A stretch of 32,000 nucleotides of DNA from Candidatus Korarchaeum cryptofilum OPF8. GTDB lineage: Archaea; Korarchaeota; Korarchaeia; Korarchaeales; Korarchaeaceae. Made by a program: the position numbers and the translations under genes. The notes beneath the pieces are model-generated. The model saw only the letters and a program-made list of their open reading frames with translations. It did no database searches and was not told the origin of the DNA. Every line of letters begins with the position of its first letter. Position 1 is the stretch's first letter. The DNA lies in contig NC_010482.1 of the NCBI RefSeq assembly GCF_000019605.1, forward strand, positions 1,140,001 through 1,172,000, in the 5' to 3' direction. Below, in pieces: positions 15,863 to 24,092 of this stretch.

Positions 15863-16558
15863 TTAGGTCCATTTTATCCCAGTTTTATCGCTTTTCTGGT
15901 ACTCAAACTTGGCTAGGATGCTAGCCGCAGCCACGGAAGGGTACTTCAGATCTGCTCCGCTCTCTATTATCACTTCAATCCCCTTGATCTGGGAAAAAGC
16001 TTCTTCCAATCTTCTCCTATCGAAAGAATCTACGATTATTCTACAGGCCTCCGTATCCTTCAAGACCTCCTTAACGACCTCAAAGTGCCAAATTGAGAGC
16101 AGATCATTGAGATTTCCTCTATTCCATAATTCCCGGAGCTCCTCTGGGCTCACCCTCTTTACATGACTCGAGATCGATACCTCCCTTATCAACCCCGCTA
16201 ACTCCTCTATCCTCTTCTTAGGGACCGATTTCGATTCAAGGAGACCCCTGGCCCTGAGGAATTTCCTCCCCTCACCGTCCAGAGCAACAGCCGCCACTAC
16301 TATGGGCCCTTCCCTCTCGCCTTTCCCAGCCTCATCTGATCCTATCTCGATGCATTCATCCTCCATCAGTATGCTCTCTATTAAACTGACTAGAGCTTCA
16401 TGATATACGACCTTCCCATTCTTGTAGACTATACCAGAATATCCATCTATCTCAAATCTGAACTCCTCCCACTCATTCTTAGGTGGTATTTTAAGCTCTA
16501 ATCTACTCCTTAGGCTCTCCAGTTCCTCTCTTCTTAAGAGCGTACTTAACTGCCGCAA
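15863..16558 (-). CDS. Type-2 RNase H-like protein with RNase HIII-like N-terminal domain
   Basis: Catalytic-block look-alikes GSDEAGKGEREGPIVVAAVAL, IIVDSFD and AAASILAK. The N-terminal FRFEIDGYSGIVYKNGKVVYHEA resembles the RNase HIII N-domain. TTG start with GGTGATC 4 nt upstream, lying inside the preceding gene. Confidence 0.6.
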   Translation of the reverse strand: MRQLSTLLRREELESLRSRLELKIPPKNEWEEFRFEIDGYSGIVYKNGKVVYHEALVSLIESILMEDECIEIGSDEAGKGEREGPIVVAAVALDGEGRKFLRARGLLESKSVPKKRIEELAGLIREVSISSHVKRVSPEELRELWNRGNLNDLLSIWHFEVVKEVLKDTEACRIIVDSFDRRRLEEAFSQIKGIEVIIESGADLKYPSVAAASILAKFEYQKSDKTGIKWT

Positions 16559-17717
16559 CTAAGATCACCAGCACGATGAATCCAGCGAATATGGTGAGAT
16601 AGTTCCCTCTCTCCTTCACTGTCAAGTTTAACGACTTCTTCTCACTCATCAAAGTGTTCCTGGGATATTCCTGAGTCCAAACGGCCCATACGCTCAGATT
16701 GGCCTCCCCAACCTTATTGGGCTTGAGGGTCAGATTCTTTATCGCATAATCACCCGGGGCCAATTTCCCCACTTTGATCGATTGATGATCCTCTCCCAGT
16801 TTAGCGTGTATCTCAACATCCAAAGCATCGAAGGAGGATGGGTTCACCACAACTACGCTCAGGCTCAGAGGCTCATCGAGATATATCTCCTTCGGGGCAT
16901 CTACCCTCTCTATGATGACCTTGGAGGGCTTTATCACTTCATATGGGTAATCCACATGCGTCGATAGCTTACTCCCGAAGACCTCATACTCAACAGTTAC
17001 ACTAACGATCTGCTTCCCTCCGGGGGCATCCTGCGGAATCTCTATTGGAAATTGAGCTTCCATCACCGTGCCAAATGGCCAGTATTCCCTGCTCTCCTGA
17101 TATACAATTCCCTTAATGGAATCCTCAACTTTTATGACTACGTTCCTCATGTCCGCGGGATATAGGGGAGGGGCTGTCAGTATCCTTAAAGAAGCCTTTA
17201 GGATTCCTGGAGGTGTGATACTCGTCTTACTAAGATTTAGGAATACCATGGGCTCCCAAGGATGCACATTAACTTGCTTCGATCCGAAAACATCATATCT
17301 CTTCACATCCCCTCCTTCTCTCACGAGTATGTATCCGCTGGCCTCCAGACTCCTCGGACCGCTCTCATAAGGGGGAACCCAGACTAAGAAGGAGACCTGA
17401 GCTAGGGATGCACCATCTCCCCGATAAAATGCCTTAGATCCGTTCCATTCTATCTTGATATCCTTTCCATCCATCGTTATTCCACTAGCTTTATAGCGTT
17501 CGACTTTCCAGCCTTTGGGAGCTATCACTGTAAGCTCGAACCCTATAATAGGCTTGTCCTTCGTTGTGATGATGTTATAAAAGGCGTAGAATATATCACC
17601 GGCTATAACCTCAGCTCTCGAGACTCCAAGTAGGGCTGTTTGGCCACTAGCGGCATTGATCAGTAGTAATACGATTGCTAGAGATACCATCGACAGTGAA
17701 AGCTTAAATAACCTCAT
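16503..17717 (-). CDS. Surface protein: signal peptide, beta-rich ectodomain (one CARDB-like signature), C-terminal TM anchor
   Basis: I prefer the ATG at 17717 (MRLFKLSLSMVSLAIVLLLINAASGQ) over the longest ORF start at 17810, which would overlap the divergent ABC gene. The C-terminal anchor is YLTIFAGFIVLVILVAAV followed by KYALKKRG. A VVVVNPSSFDALDVEI motif is present. Confidence 0.7.
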   Translation of the reverse strand: MRLFKLSLSMVSLAIVLLLINAASGQTALLGVSRAEVIAGDIFYAFYNIITTKDKPIIGFELTVIAPKGWKVERYKASGITMDGKDIKIEWNGSKAFYRGDGASLAQVSFLVWVPPYESGPRSLEASGYILVREGGDVKRYDVFGSKQVNVHPWEPMVFLNLSKTSITPPGILKASLRILTAPPLYPADMRNVVIKVEDSIKGIVYQESREYWPFGTVMEAQFPIEIPQDAPGGKQIVSVTVEYEVFGSKLSTHVDYPYEVIKPSKVIIERVDAPKEIYLDEPLSLSVVVVNPSSFDALDVEIHAKLGEDHQSIKVGKLAPGDYAIKNLTLKPNKVGEANLSVWAVWTQEYPRNTLMSEKKSLNLTVKERGNYLTIFAGFIVLVILVAAVKYALKKRGTGEPKE

Positions 17718-17760
17718 CTCACATTCCCGAGGATGGAGTATATAATAGTGAGGGTCATTC

Positions 17761-18504
17761 ATGCCCGCTGTAGAAGTAAAGAATCTTTCGAAATCCTTCG
17801 GAGAGGTCAAAGCCGTTAATAATATTTCGTTCGATGTTGAGGAAGGATCTATCTTCGGTCTACTGGGACCGAATGGAGCTGGTAAGACTACGACACTCAG
17901 GATGATCTACGGCGTCTTGAGGCCAGATAGCGGATCTGTGAGAGTGCTCGGGATCGATGTCTGGGAGGAGCCTAGAAAGGCGAAGAGCTTAATGGGAGTA
18001 ATGCCGGAGGATACCGGGATCTATCCTAGGTTGACTGCTGAGGAGAACTTAATATACTTCGGTAAGGTGAGGGGAATGGATGAGCACAAGCTCAGGAGGA
18101 GAGTGAGCGAGCTATTGAAGATCTTGGGGCTTGAGGAGAAGAGATTCACGATAGCTGATAAGCTCTCGAAAGGACAGAAGCAGAAGGTCGCTTTCGCTAG
18201 GGCAATACTGGATGAGCCCCCTATTCTCATACTCGATGAGCCCACTTTAGGCGTGGATGTCATGAGCGCGAGGGAGATAAGGAATATGATAGTGGATTAT
18301 GCGAGGGCCGGGAGGACAGTCATACTATCAACTCATAACATGTGGGAAGCTGAGAAGCTCTGCACTCACGTGGGCATCATAAGTGAAGGTAAAATGAGGT
18401 ATGTCGGTAAGAGAGAGGATCTAGAGAAGTTATATGAGGAGAAGGAGTTTGAAGAGATCTTCCTGAGGATGGTCAGGGGTGAGGTCATTGAGAAGGTTGT
18501 TTAA
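17761..18504 (+). CDS. ABC transporter ATP-binding protein (short, NatA-like)
   Basis: Walker A GLLGPNGAGKTT, signature LSKGQKQKV, Walker B ILILDEPT and H-loop STHNMWEAE. Confidence 0.9.
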   Translation: MPAVEVKNLSKSFGEVKAVNNISFDVEEGSIFGLLGPNGAGKTTTLRMIYGVLRPDSGSVRVLGIDVWEEPRKAKSLMGVMPEDTGIYPRLTAEENLIYFGKVRGMDEHKLRRRVSELLKILGLEEKRFTIADKLSKGQKQKVAFARAILDEPPILILDEPTLGVDVMSAREIRNMIVDYARAGRTVILSTHNMWEAEKLCTHVGIISEGKMRYVGKREDLEKLYEEKEFEEIFLRMVRGEVIEKVV

Positions 18505-18547
18505 GGGATCTTCGGGAATAGTTAAGTTCACCAGGGGCTTGGGTCAG

Positions 18548-19771
18548 ATGGGTTATGGCCTCCCTAAGAGAGGCTGGATTGTAGTAGCTTGGAAGGAGTT
18601 TTTAGAGGCTATTAGGGATAGGAGAACGATATTGAATGTCATTATACTTCCTCTAGTACTGATGCCCATCATAATAGCCCTTCCTATAGTCATGATCAGC
18701 CCGAAGACGCTTCCTCCTAAAGTGATGGTCGTTATATGCGATAAGAATGCCACGGATCTCGTCAGTTACTTCAATTCCATATCGGAAGCGGATTTATCCA
18801 TTAGATTCGATTGTAAAGGAAACTACAGCGAGATGATATTGAACGGAGATATCGATTTAATAGTCGAAGTACCTTCAGGATTCTCGGAAAATTTGAGCAG
18901 AGGCAGAAGCTCCCACGTATTCTATTACTATGATCCTCTCAGCACGAAATCCTCTTCAGCAATCGGAGTGGTGCAGGAGCCTATATCATCATATTCCAGG
19001 AAAGTTTTGCTGGATAGGCTGAAAGAGATCAATTTATCCATCGATTATGTTAATCCAGTGATCGCTGTGGCTAAGCAGGTGACTAGGTCGGGCGGAGAGG
19101 TTGGAGCTGGTGAGATGATAACTGCGATGATCCTGCCTATGATGGTGGGGGTAATAGCGATAACTGGAGCGGGGACGTTCGCGATAGATATGGTAGCGGG
19201 TGAGAGGGAGAGGAGGACGATAGAGGCCTTGCTCACAAATCCTGTCAGTAAGATGGAGATTCTCCTCGGTAAGTTCTCTTCTCTAATAGTTCTATCGATT
19301 ATAAGCGGTTTATCAACACTTCTCTCAACTTTATTAGGGATAGGGCTGTCCCTAGAGTTCTCCTTATCAGGAGTGGGATCTAATCAGACCGTAACGATGG
19401 GGCTCCCCAATCCAGTCTACGCGATACTCGGCGTACTTCTTACAGTGATATTAGGAGGGCTTACCGGAAATGCAGCACTAGTTGCTGCATCTTCATTCGC
19501 TAAGACATTTAAGGAAGCTGAACAGTATGTGGGAGCGCTCTTCTTCGTTTTAATGCTACCTATGATCATTGTACCTTATGCACCAACATCCCTGCACCCG
19601 CTCCTCAGGCTTCTTCCCATTACGAGCCTCGCGATGTTCGCCAGGGATACTATCCTAATGAGCGACCCACTAGCTATCGCTACATCATTCTTCTCCTCAG
19701 TCATTTATCTGGTAATCTTCCTCGTGTTAAGCGCTAGGCTCTTCGGAAGGGAGTCCGTCATATTCGGATGA
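18548..19771 (+). CDS. ABC-2 type permease (NatB-like) with large extracytoplasmic loop
   Basis: WKEFLEAIRDRRTIL N-terminus, one TM, a loop of about 135 aa and then 5 TMs. The ATG at 18548 is preferred. The longest ORF begins at GTG 18479, overlapping the ATPase end. Confidence 0.8.
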   Translation: MGYGLPKRGWIVVAWKEFLEAIRDRRTILNVIILPLVLMPIIIALPIVMISPKTLPPKVMVVICDKNATDLVSYFNSISEADLSIRFDCKGNYSEMILNGDIDLIVEVPSGFSENLSRGRSSHVFYYYDPLSTKSSSAIGVVQEPISSYSRKVLLDRLKEINLSIDYVNPVIAVAKQVTRSGGEVGAGEMITAMILPMMVGVIAITGAGTFAIDMVAGERERRTIEALLTNPVSKMEILLGKFSSLIVLSIISGLSTLLSTLLGIGLSLEFSLSGVGSNQTVTMGLPNPVYAILGVLLTVILGGLTGNAALVAASSFAKTFKEAEQYVGALFFVLMLPMIIVPYAPTSLHPLLRLLPITSLAMFARDTILMSDPLAIATSFFSSVIYLVIFLVLSARLFGRESVIFG

Positions 19772-20224
19772 TCTAACATTCCCTCCCAGTTTATCCATAA
19801 CCTTCTTAGCTGCCAGGACCATAATATAGGCTCCCTTCATGCTCTCATCCCTCAACTCCATTTCCTTAATCTCATCTATTGTGAACCAGCCCCATCCATC
19901 GTGCTCCTCTCCTCTTATCCTCGGCTCGAATTCCCCAACTTTAACAGAATATAGGGGTATTATGAACTCGACTCCCATCTCTGGATAGAGGAATCCGAAT
20001 GTATCCACTGGAATTATGAATAGAGGATTCAGTCTTATTCCAGTCTCTTCCATGAGCTCCCTTATAGCTCCTTTCCTAGGGGACTCGCCGTACTTCAGGC
20101 TACCCCCAGGTATCTCCCACTTCCCCCCGTTCCTCTTGCTCCTAGCCCTCTTCAGCAGGAGGACCTTCCCCTCTTTATTGAATACAACTACGCATGGGAC
20201 TACGTGTATCTTAGTTCCCCTCAA
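19727..20224 (-). CDS. Nudix hydrolase
   Basis: Complete Nudix box GGSLKYGESPRKGAIRELMEETGI. Confidence 0.85.
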   Translation of the reverse strand: MRGTKIHVVPCVVVFNKEGKVLLLKRARSKRNGGKWEIPGGSLKYGESPRKGAIRELMEETGIRLNPLFIIPVDTFGFLYPEMGVEFIIPLYSVKVGEFEPRIRGEEHDGWGWFTIDEIKEMELRDESMKGAYIMVLAAKKVMDKLGGNVRSSEYDGLPSEEPSA

Positions 20225-20239
20225 CTAACTTCACCGAAT

Positions 20240-20659
20240 TCAATACTTCTTCTCCTTCCCCTTCGGTGTCCTCGAGTATATATTCACTATCAGCGCTGGT
20301 TGCTGGCACTTGGGACATTTATCCCCTTCTGAAACTGCACCAACGAAATCCCCCTCCTTGAACTCTCTCACAATCTTTTCCCCGCAATTTCCACACTTCA
20401 GCTCGCTCAGGACTTCGAAAGTCTCCTCCTTGAATGACATCCTCGTCCTCAACATATCATATCCTACTTTCGCGGCTATCCCGAGGCCCGCGATGCCCAT
20501 GACCACATTGAGAATGGACTCCCCCATATTACCTCCACTGAGGCTCGTGAGCCCCAGATAGAGGAAGACTACTGATATTATCAGTATTCCAGCTAGAGAG
20601 GCTATCCAGAGGAGATAGAATCCAATTGGTACCTTTTTCTTCTCTTCAGACATGTTCAT
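20240..20659 (-). CDS. Membrane protein (2 TM) with C-terminal zinc ribbon
   Basis: TMs are IGFYLLWIASLAGILIISVVFLYLGL and VVMGIAGLGIAAKVGY. The C-terminal ribbon is CGNCGEKI...CPKCQ. The start overlaps the upstream gene stop by 4 nt. Confidence 0.6.
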   Translation of the reverse strand: MNMSEEKKKVPIGFYLLWIASLAGILIISVVFLYLGLTSLSGGNMGESILNVVMGIAGLGIAAKVGYDMLRTRMSFKEETFEVLSELKCGNCGEKIVREFKEGDFVGAVSEGDKCPKCQQPALIVNIYSRTPKGKEKKY

Positions 20660-21792
20660 GCGCCTCCCATCCTGTTCCCTATGCCCATAGTGTTCCCTAT
20701 TCCCGCTACTATTACATAATCTCCGGGCAGGGTCTTCGATACTATGGTCGCCTTCACCCTCCCTATAACTTCATCAACTGATCTCGCTATCTCCTCGCTC
20801 ATGCTCGTTATGGCATCTAGTTGATCCTCCTTTATCGCGATCGCATGCAGAGGTATGGCATACTTCGTAGCTACTTCCTCTATCTTATACTTCTCAGGTC
20901 CAGGATCGCCTATAGCTGCCCCTATACCTTCAGCTATCTCTGCTGTGGGCTCTCCCTCTAGCTTAGAAGCAGCATCTATCGTTATTATGAGGGAAACTTT
21001 GCCTTCTCTACCCTCTACAATCCTTTCTATCGCTAAACCAGGCCTTCCAACTTCAGAACCTGGCCCCTTCGCCTTTATCACCATCACTCTCCTCCCCTCG
21101 ATATCTACTTCAGCCCCCACTATGTTTTCAGCGATCTCTGTGAATTCAGCACCGTTCATCAATTTCAAAGCGACTAGAGGACCTATCCCATCACCTATCG
21201 GTATCCCGAGTCTGAAAGCGTCACCTGCTTTCCAATAGGCTTTAGCTATCCTCATTATCTCGGGGAGGAGCATCTGTATCTGAGCTATGTATATTAAGTT
21301 CTGGGTCTTCCTCCCGAGGATGAAGTAGTGCCTTATGATTCTATATATCATGTCGAGAGTCAAAGCGCTAGCCATCTGGTCCCTCAAGTTGGATCTCTTC
21401 CAGCCATCTGCATTAGGGGCTATATCCTTCATTAACGCATTAAGGTGGTCTCTCATCGTATTTAAGAGATGCTCAAGCCTCCTTACAGCTCCATATGGAT
21501 CTAAGGTGACTGGCTCTATCAGGAAGAACCCCTTGACTTTGTTGTAAATGGATTTTACTTCTTCCTGAGATCTCCCGTACTTGGATGCCTCCTCTATGAA
21601 TTTCCTAGCGGAGTCATTGCTATACTCCTCCAGCTTTGATAGGGCCCTGCTTATCTCGCTTATCCATATCTGGGCCTGCAGTCTATTCGCGTAGAATTGC
21701 ATTATCATGATGAATATTATGAAGAATATCCAGGAGAGCCAATCACCCTGGCCGACCTGCATCAATCTCACATCTTTTAGGTCGCTATACAA
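20656..21792 (-). CDS. DUF1512-like archaeal protein (N-terminal TM, Gly-rich C-terminal domain)
   Basis: About 370 aa, archaeal, with N-terminal TM WLSWIFFIIFIMIMQFY and a C-terminal half rich in G-x-G loops (IGDGIGPLVA, KGPGSEVGRPG, GIGAAIGDPGPE, AGIGNTMGIGN). The family name is recalled from size and architecture, not verified. TTG 21792 or ATG 21762 could be the start. Confidence 0.45.
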   Translation of the reverse strand: MYSDLKDVRLMQVGQGDWLSWIFFIIFIMIMQFYANRLQAQIWISEISRALSKLEEYSNDSARKFIEEASKYGRSQEEVKSIYNKVKGFFLIEPVTLDPYGAVRRLEHLLNTMRDHLNALMKDIAPNADGWKRSNLRDQMASALTLDMIYRIIRHYFILGRKTQNLIYIAQIQMLLPEIMRIAKAYWKAGDAFRLGIPIGDGIGPLVALKLMNGAEFTEIAENIVGAEVDIEGRRVMVIKAKGPGSEVGRPGLAIERIVEGREGKVSLIITIDAASKLEGEPTAEIAEGIGAAIGDPGPEKYKIEEVATKYAIPLHAIAIKEDQLDAITSMSEEIARSVDEVIGRVKATIVSKTLPGDYVIVAGIGNTMGIGNRMGGA

Positions 21793-21915
21793 CCTATACC
21801 CTCCTCACTCAGCGACCCGGTAGTGTTTTAAATAAATTGGCCCGGCCCTCATATTCCATTTATTGGAATGAAATACGCCTCCCCTAATAAATAGTGGACC
21901 TGAGGTAAAGACTCA

Positions 21916-22560
21916 ATGAGGTACATGGCCTGCTTCGATATGGATGGGACGCTCATTGAGGTAAAAAGTTCCTGGGAGTTCATTCATGAGATCTTAGGGA
22001 CTGAGGAAGAGGCTCGCATTTACAGGCAGATGTATGAGAGGGGAGAGATAGATTACAGGAGATGGGCAGAGCTCGATGTATCTTCTTGGAGGAGAAGGGA
22101 TTTTTCGGAAGTTCTAAGGAGAGTGGATTCCATAAGATTGATGGAGAACTCGGAGAGATCCATAAAAATGCTTAAGGATTCTGGCTTCATCGTCGGTGTC
22201 ATAAGCTCCGGGCTGAACGTGATCGCTGATAAGATCTGCGAGAGGCTTGGGATGGACTTCTGTAAGAGTGCAAGACTCCTTTTAGAGGGAAATGAGGTAA
22301 TAGGATTGGCTGAGGACCTCCCACCAGATGAGAAGGGATCTGTACTTGAGGAAGTCGCTAGGGGTTATGGTATACCTCTGACCAGAGTGGCTTTCGTGGG
22401 CGATGGGGATAGCGATCTCTCCATATTCGAGATGGACTTGGGACTGAAGATAGCGTTCAGGCCCAGATCCGAGAGGATAGTGAGGCTCGCGGATCATGTA
22501 GTGCATGATCTGCTTGAGGCATCTGAGCTCATCCTGAGGTGGTCGAAAGGTGCGAGGTGA
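21916..22560 (+). CDS. HAD-superfamily phosphatase (phosphoserine-phosphatase-like)
   Basis: Motif I CFDMDGTLIE, motif II VISSG and motif III/IV K...FVGDGDSD. Confidence 0.8.
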   Translation: MRYMACFDMDGTLIEVKSSWEFIHEILGTEEEARIYRQMYERGEIDYRRWAELDVSSWRRRDFSEVLRRVDSIRLMENSERSIKMLKDSGFIVGVISSGLNVIADKICERLGMDFCKSARLLLEGNEVIGLAEDLPPDEKGSVLEEVARGYGIPLTRVAFVGDGDSDLSIFEMDLGLKIAFRPRSERIVRLADHVVHDLLEASELILRWSKGAR

Positions 22561-22614
22561 TTCGAAGTTATTAGAATGATTTAAATCTCGAGCTCCCATA
22601 AGTCTTGAGGAAAA

Positions 22615-23268
22615 ATGGAGTGGGAAATATTCACATTGGAGGACGAGAGACTTAAAATCTTGGGGCAAGAGATATCTAGCGATATTGGTAGGAGGATCCT
22701 AGCCCTTTTGAAGGAGAGATTAATGAGCCCCAATGATCTGGCCAAGGAGCTAGATCTTCCAATAACCACGGTAATATTCCACATAGATAAGCTTCAGAGC
22801 GCAGGTTTAATAAGGCCTGTAGCTAAAATGGCGGGTAAGAGGGGTCAGAAAACTCTCTACACACTGGCTTCCTCAGCATTCATAATCATGACCTCTAGCG
22901 AGGAGAGAGATAAAATATATGAGGCTCTCAGGACAATTAGAACAGCACCTAAGGAGATATTGGTGAGAAGCGCAATAATTGGCCTCCTTATAGGCATTCT
23001 CATGCTATTCCCGTGGTACATGTTCACTATGAACTTATACTCGAAGCAGGTCCCTGAGCTCTCTCCGACTAATATAACTCAGAATGTTACAGGGCCTCTA
23101 ATTAAGGGAATGAGATACCCAAACGAGTCTATCGCTGAGGCTAGCAGCTATGAGGGTAAATTGAATCCTCTAATGTTCCTAGTACTCGGAATATCGGCAT
23201 CCATAGTATCTGCGACTGCAGCATCACTCATGATCGCTAGAAAATCGAGAAAATCGGGGGAGCTATGA
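22615..23268 (+). CDS. Membrane-anchored ArsR-type winged-helix regulator
   Basis: N-terminal RRILALLKERLMSPNDLAKELDLPITTVIFHIDKLQSAGLIRP. Two predicted TMs (AIIGLLIGILMLFPWYMF and LMFLVLGISASIVSATAASLMIA) flank a loop of about 45 aa. Confidence 0.7.
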   Translation: MEWEIFTLEDERLKILGQEISSDIGRRILALLKERLMSPNDLAKELDLPITTVIFHIDKLQSAGLIRPVAKMAGKRGQKTLYTLASSAFIIMTSSEERDKIYEALRTIRTAPKEILVRSAIIGLLIGILMLFPWYMFTMNLYSKQVPELSPTNITQNVTGPLIKGMRYPNESIAEASSYEGKLNPLMFLVLGISASIVSATAASLMIARKSRKSGEL

Positions 23269-23535
23269 CCTCTCGGGGTTAGCTATCGGCTCTCCCTTGC
23301 AGTGAACTACGCCCTTGAATCTTCTGACGTAATTGGGACACCCCATGCATATCAGGAAGCTCACAGTCTTCCCGAAAATGGGGCATTCTACTGCATCCTT
23401 GGAAAATTTGGAGACTATTTTATCCCCGTAGAGTTCTTTCATCCTTTCTTTGTATTCCTTTTCGACTCTCATAGCCCTATTCTGTTTTATTATCTGAATC
23501 TCGAATTTATGATCTCCGCTCATGCCGCTGCCCAC
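23263..23535 (-). CDS. Hypothetical small Cys-containing protein
   Basis: 90-aa ORF with four Cys (C51, C63, C66, C79 of the longest ORF) and a basic N-terminal half. The start is ambiguous. Confidence 0.4.
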   Translation of the reverse strand: MGSGMSGDHKFEIQIIKQNRAMRVEKEYKERMKELYGDKIVSKFSKDAVECPIFGKTVSFLICMGCPNYVRRFKGVVHCKGEPIANPERS

Positions 23536-23784
23536 TCAATGTAAACTAAAAAGTATTTTAGGTTTTCTCATGATAAGGAGCCGAATCAACTAAAGGAGTT
23601 ATCGCATAGCATTAGGGCTAAATCCTTCATTTCTAAGTGATCTCATATGAATTCTAGATAAGGATGTTCCTCTGCTCCCCAAAGCTCCCTTAGCAATGGA
23701 ATGAGGGCTCAAAAACTCATCAATTTCTCGTAGGATCATTTTTAAATATGCAACTCCTCTGTATCGGGGTTTCCGGGTGATCGC

Positions 23785-24078
23785 TTGAAGAGAAGACTCC
23801 TGGATCTGCTCGCATGCCCCTCATGTCTGAGCTTCCCCCTTGAATTAATAGTAGAGAACGAGATAAAAGAGAATAGGCTCCCCACCACGCCTGAGAGACC
23901 TTTATGTGAGAGATGGTGTGCTTTCATCGGTTCCCAACCTGAGGATCCCAATAATTGTATTGCGTGCATGGAGCTCGAGGTTATGAGTGGGAAGCTCTCC
24001 TGTAAGAGCTGCGGGGCTGAATACAGGATAGAGGGTGGCGTACCTAGGATGCTCAGACCTGACGATACAAGATTTTAA
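23785..24078 (+). CDS. Trm112-like zinc-ribbon protein with Cys-rich insertion
   Basis: LLDLLACPSC at the N-terminus and LSCKSCGAEYRIEGGVPRML at the C-terminus are the Trm112/DUF343 signature. An insertion carries CERWC and CIAC. TTG start, GGTGATC just upstream and TTTTTAAATAT at 23739-23749. Confidence 0.7.
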   Translation: MKRRLLDLLACPSCLSFPLELIVENEIKENRLPTTPERPLCERWCAFIGSQPEDPNNCIACMELEVMSGKLSCKSCGAEYRIEGGVPRMLRPDDTRF

Positions 24079-24092
24079 AATACCATGATGTT

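Noticed and set aside
23599-23739. A 46-aa minus-strand ORF (MILREIDEFLSPHSIAKGALGSRGTSLSRIHMRSLRNEGFSPNAMR) in the 249-bp spacer.
   Set aside because: It has no Shine-Dalgarno sequence. The only TATA-like sequence abuts its ATG and fits better as the plus-strand promoter of the Trm112-like gene. It has no recognisable motif and is too short to trust.
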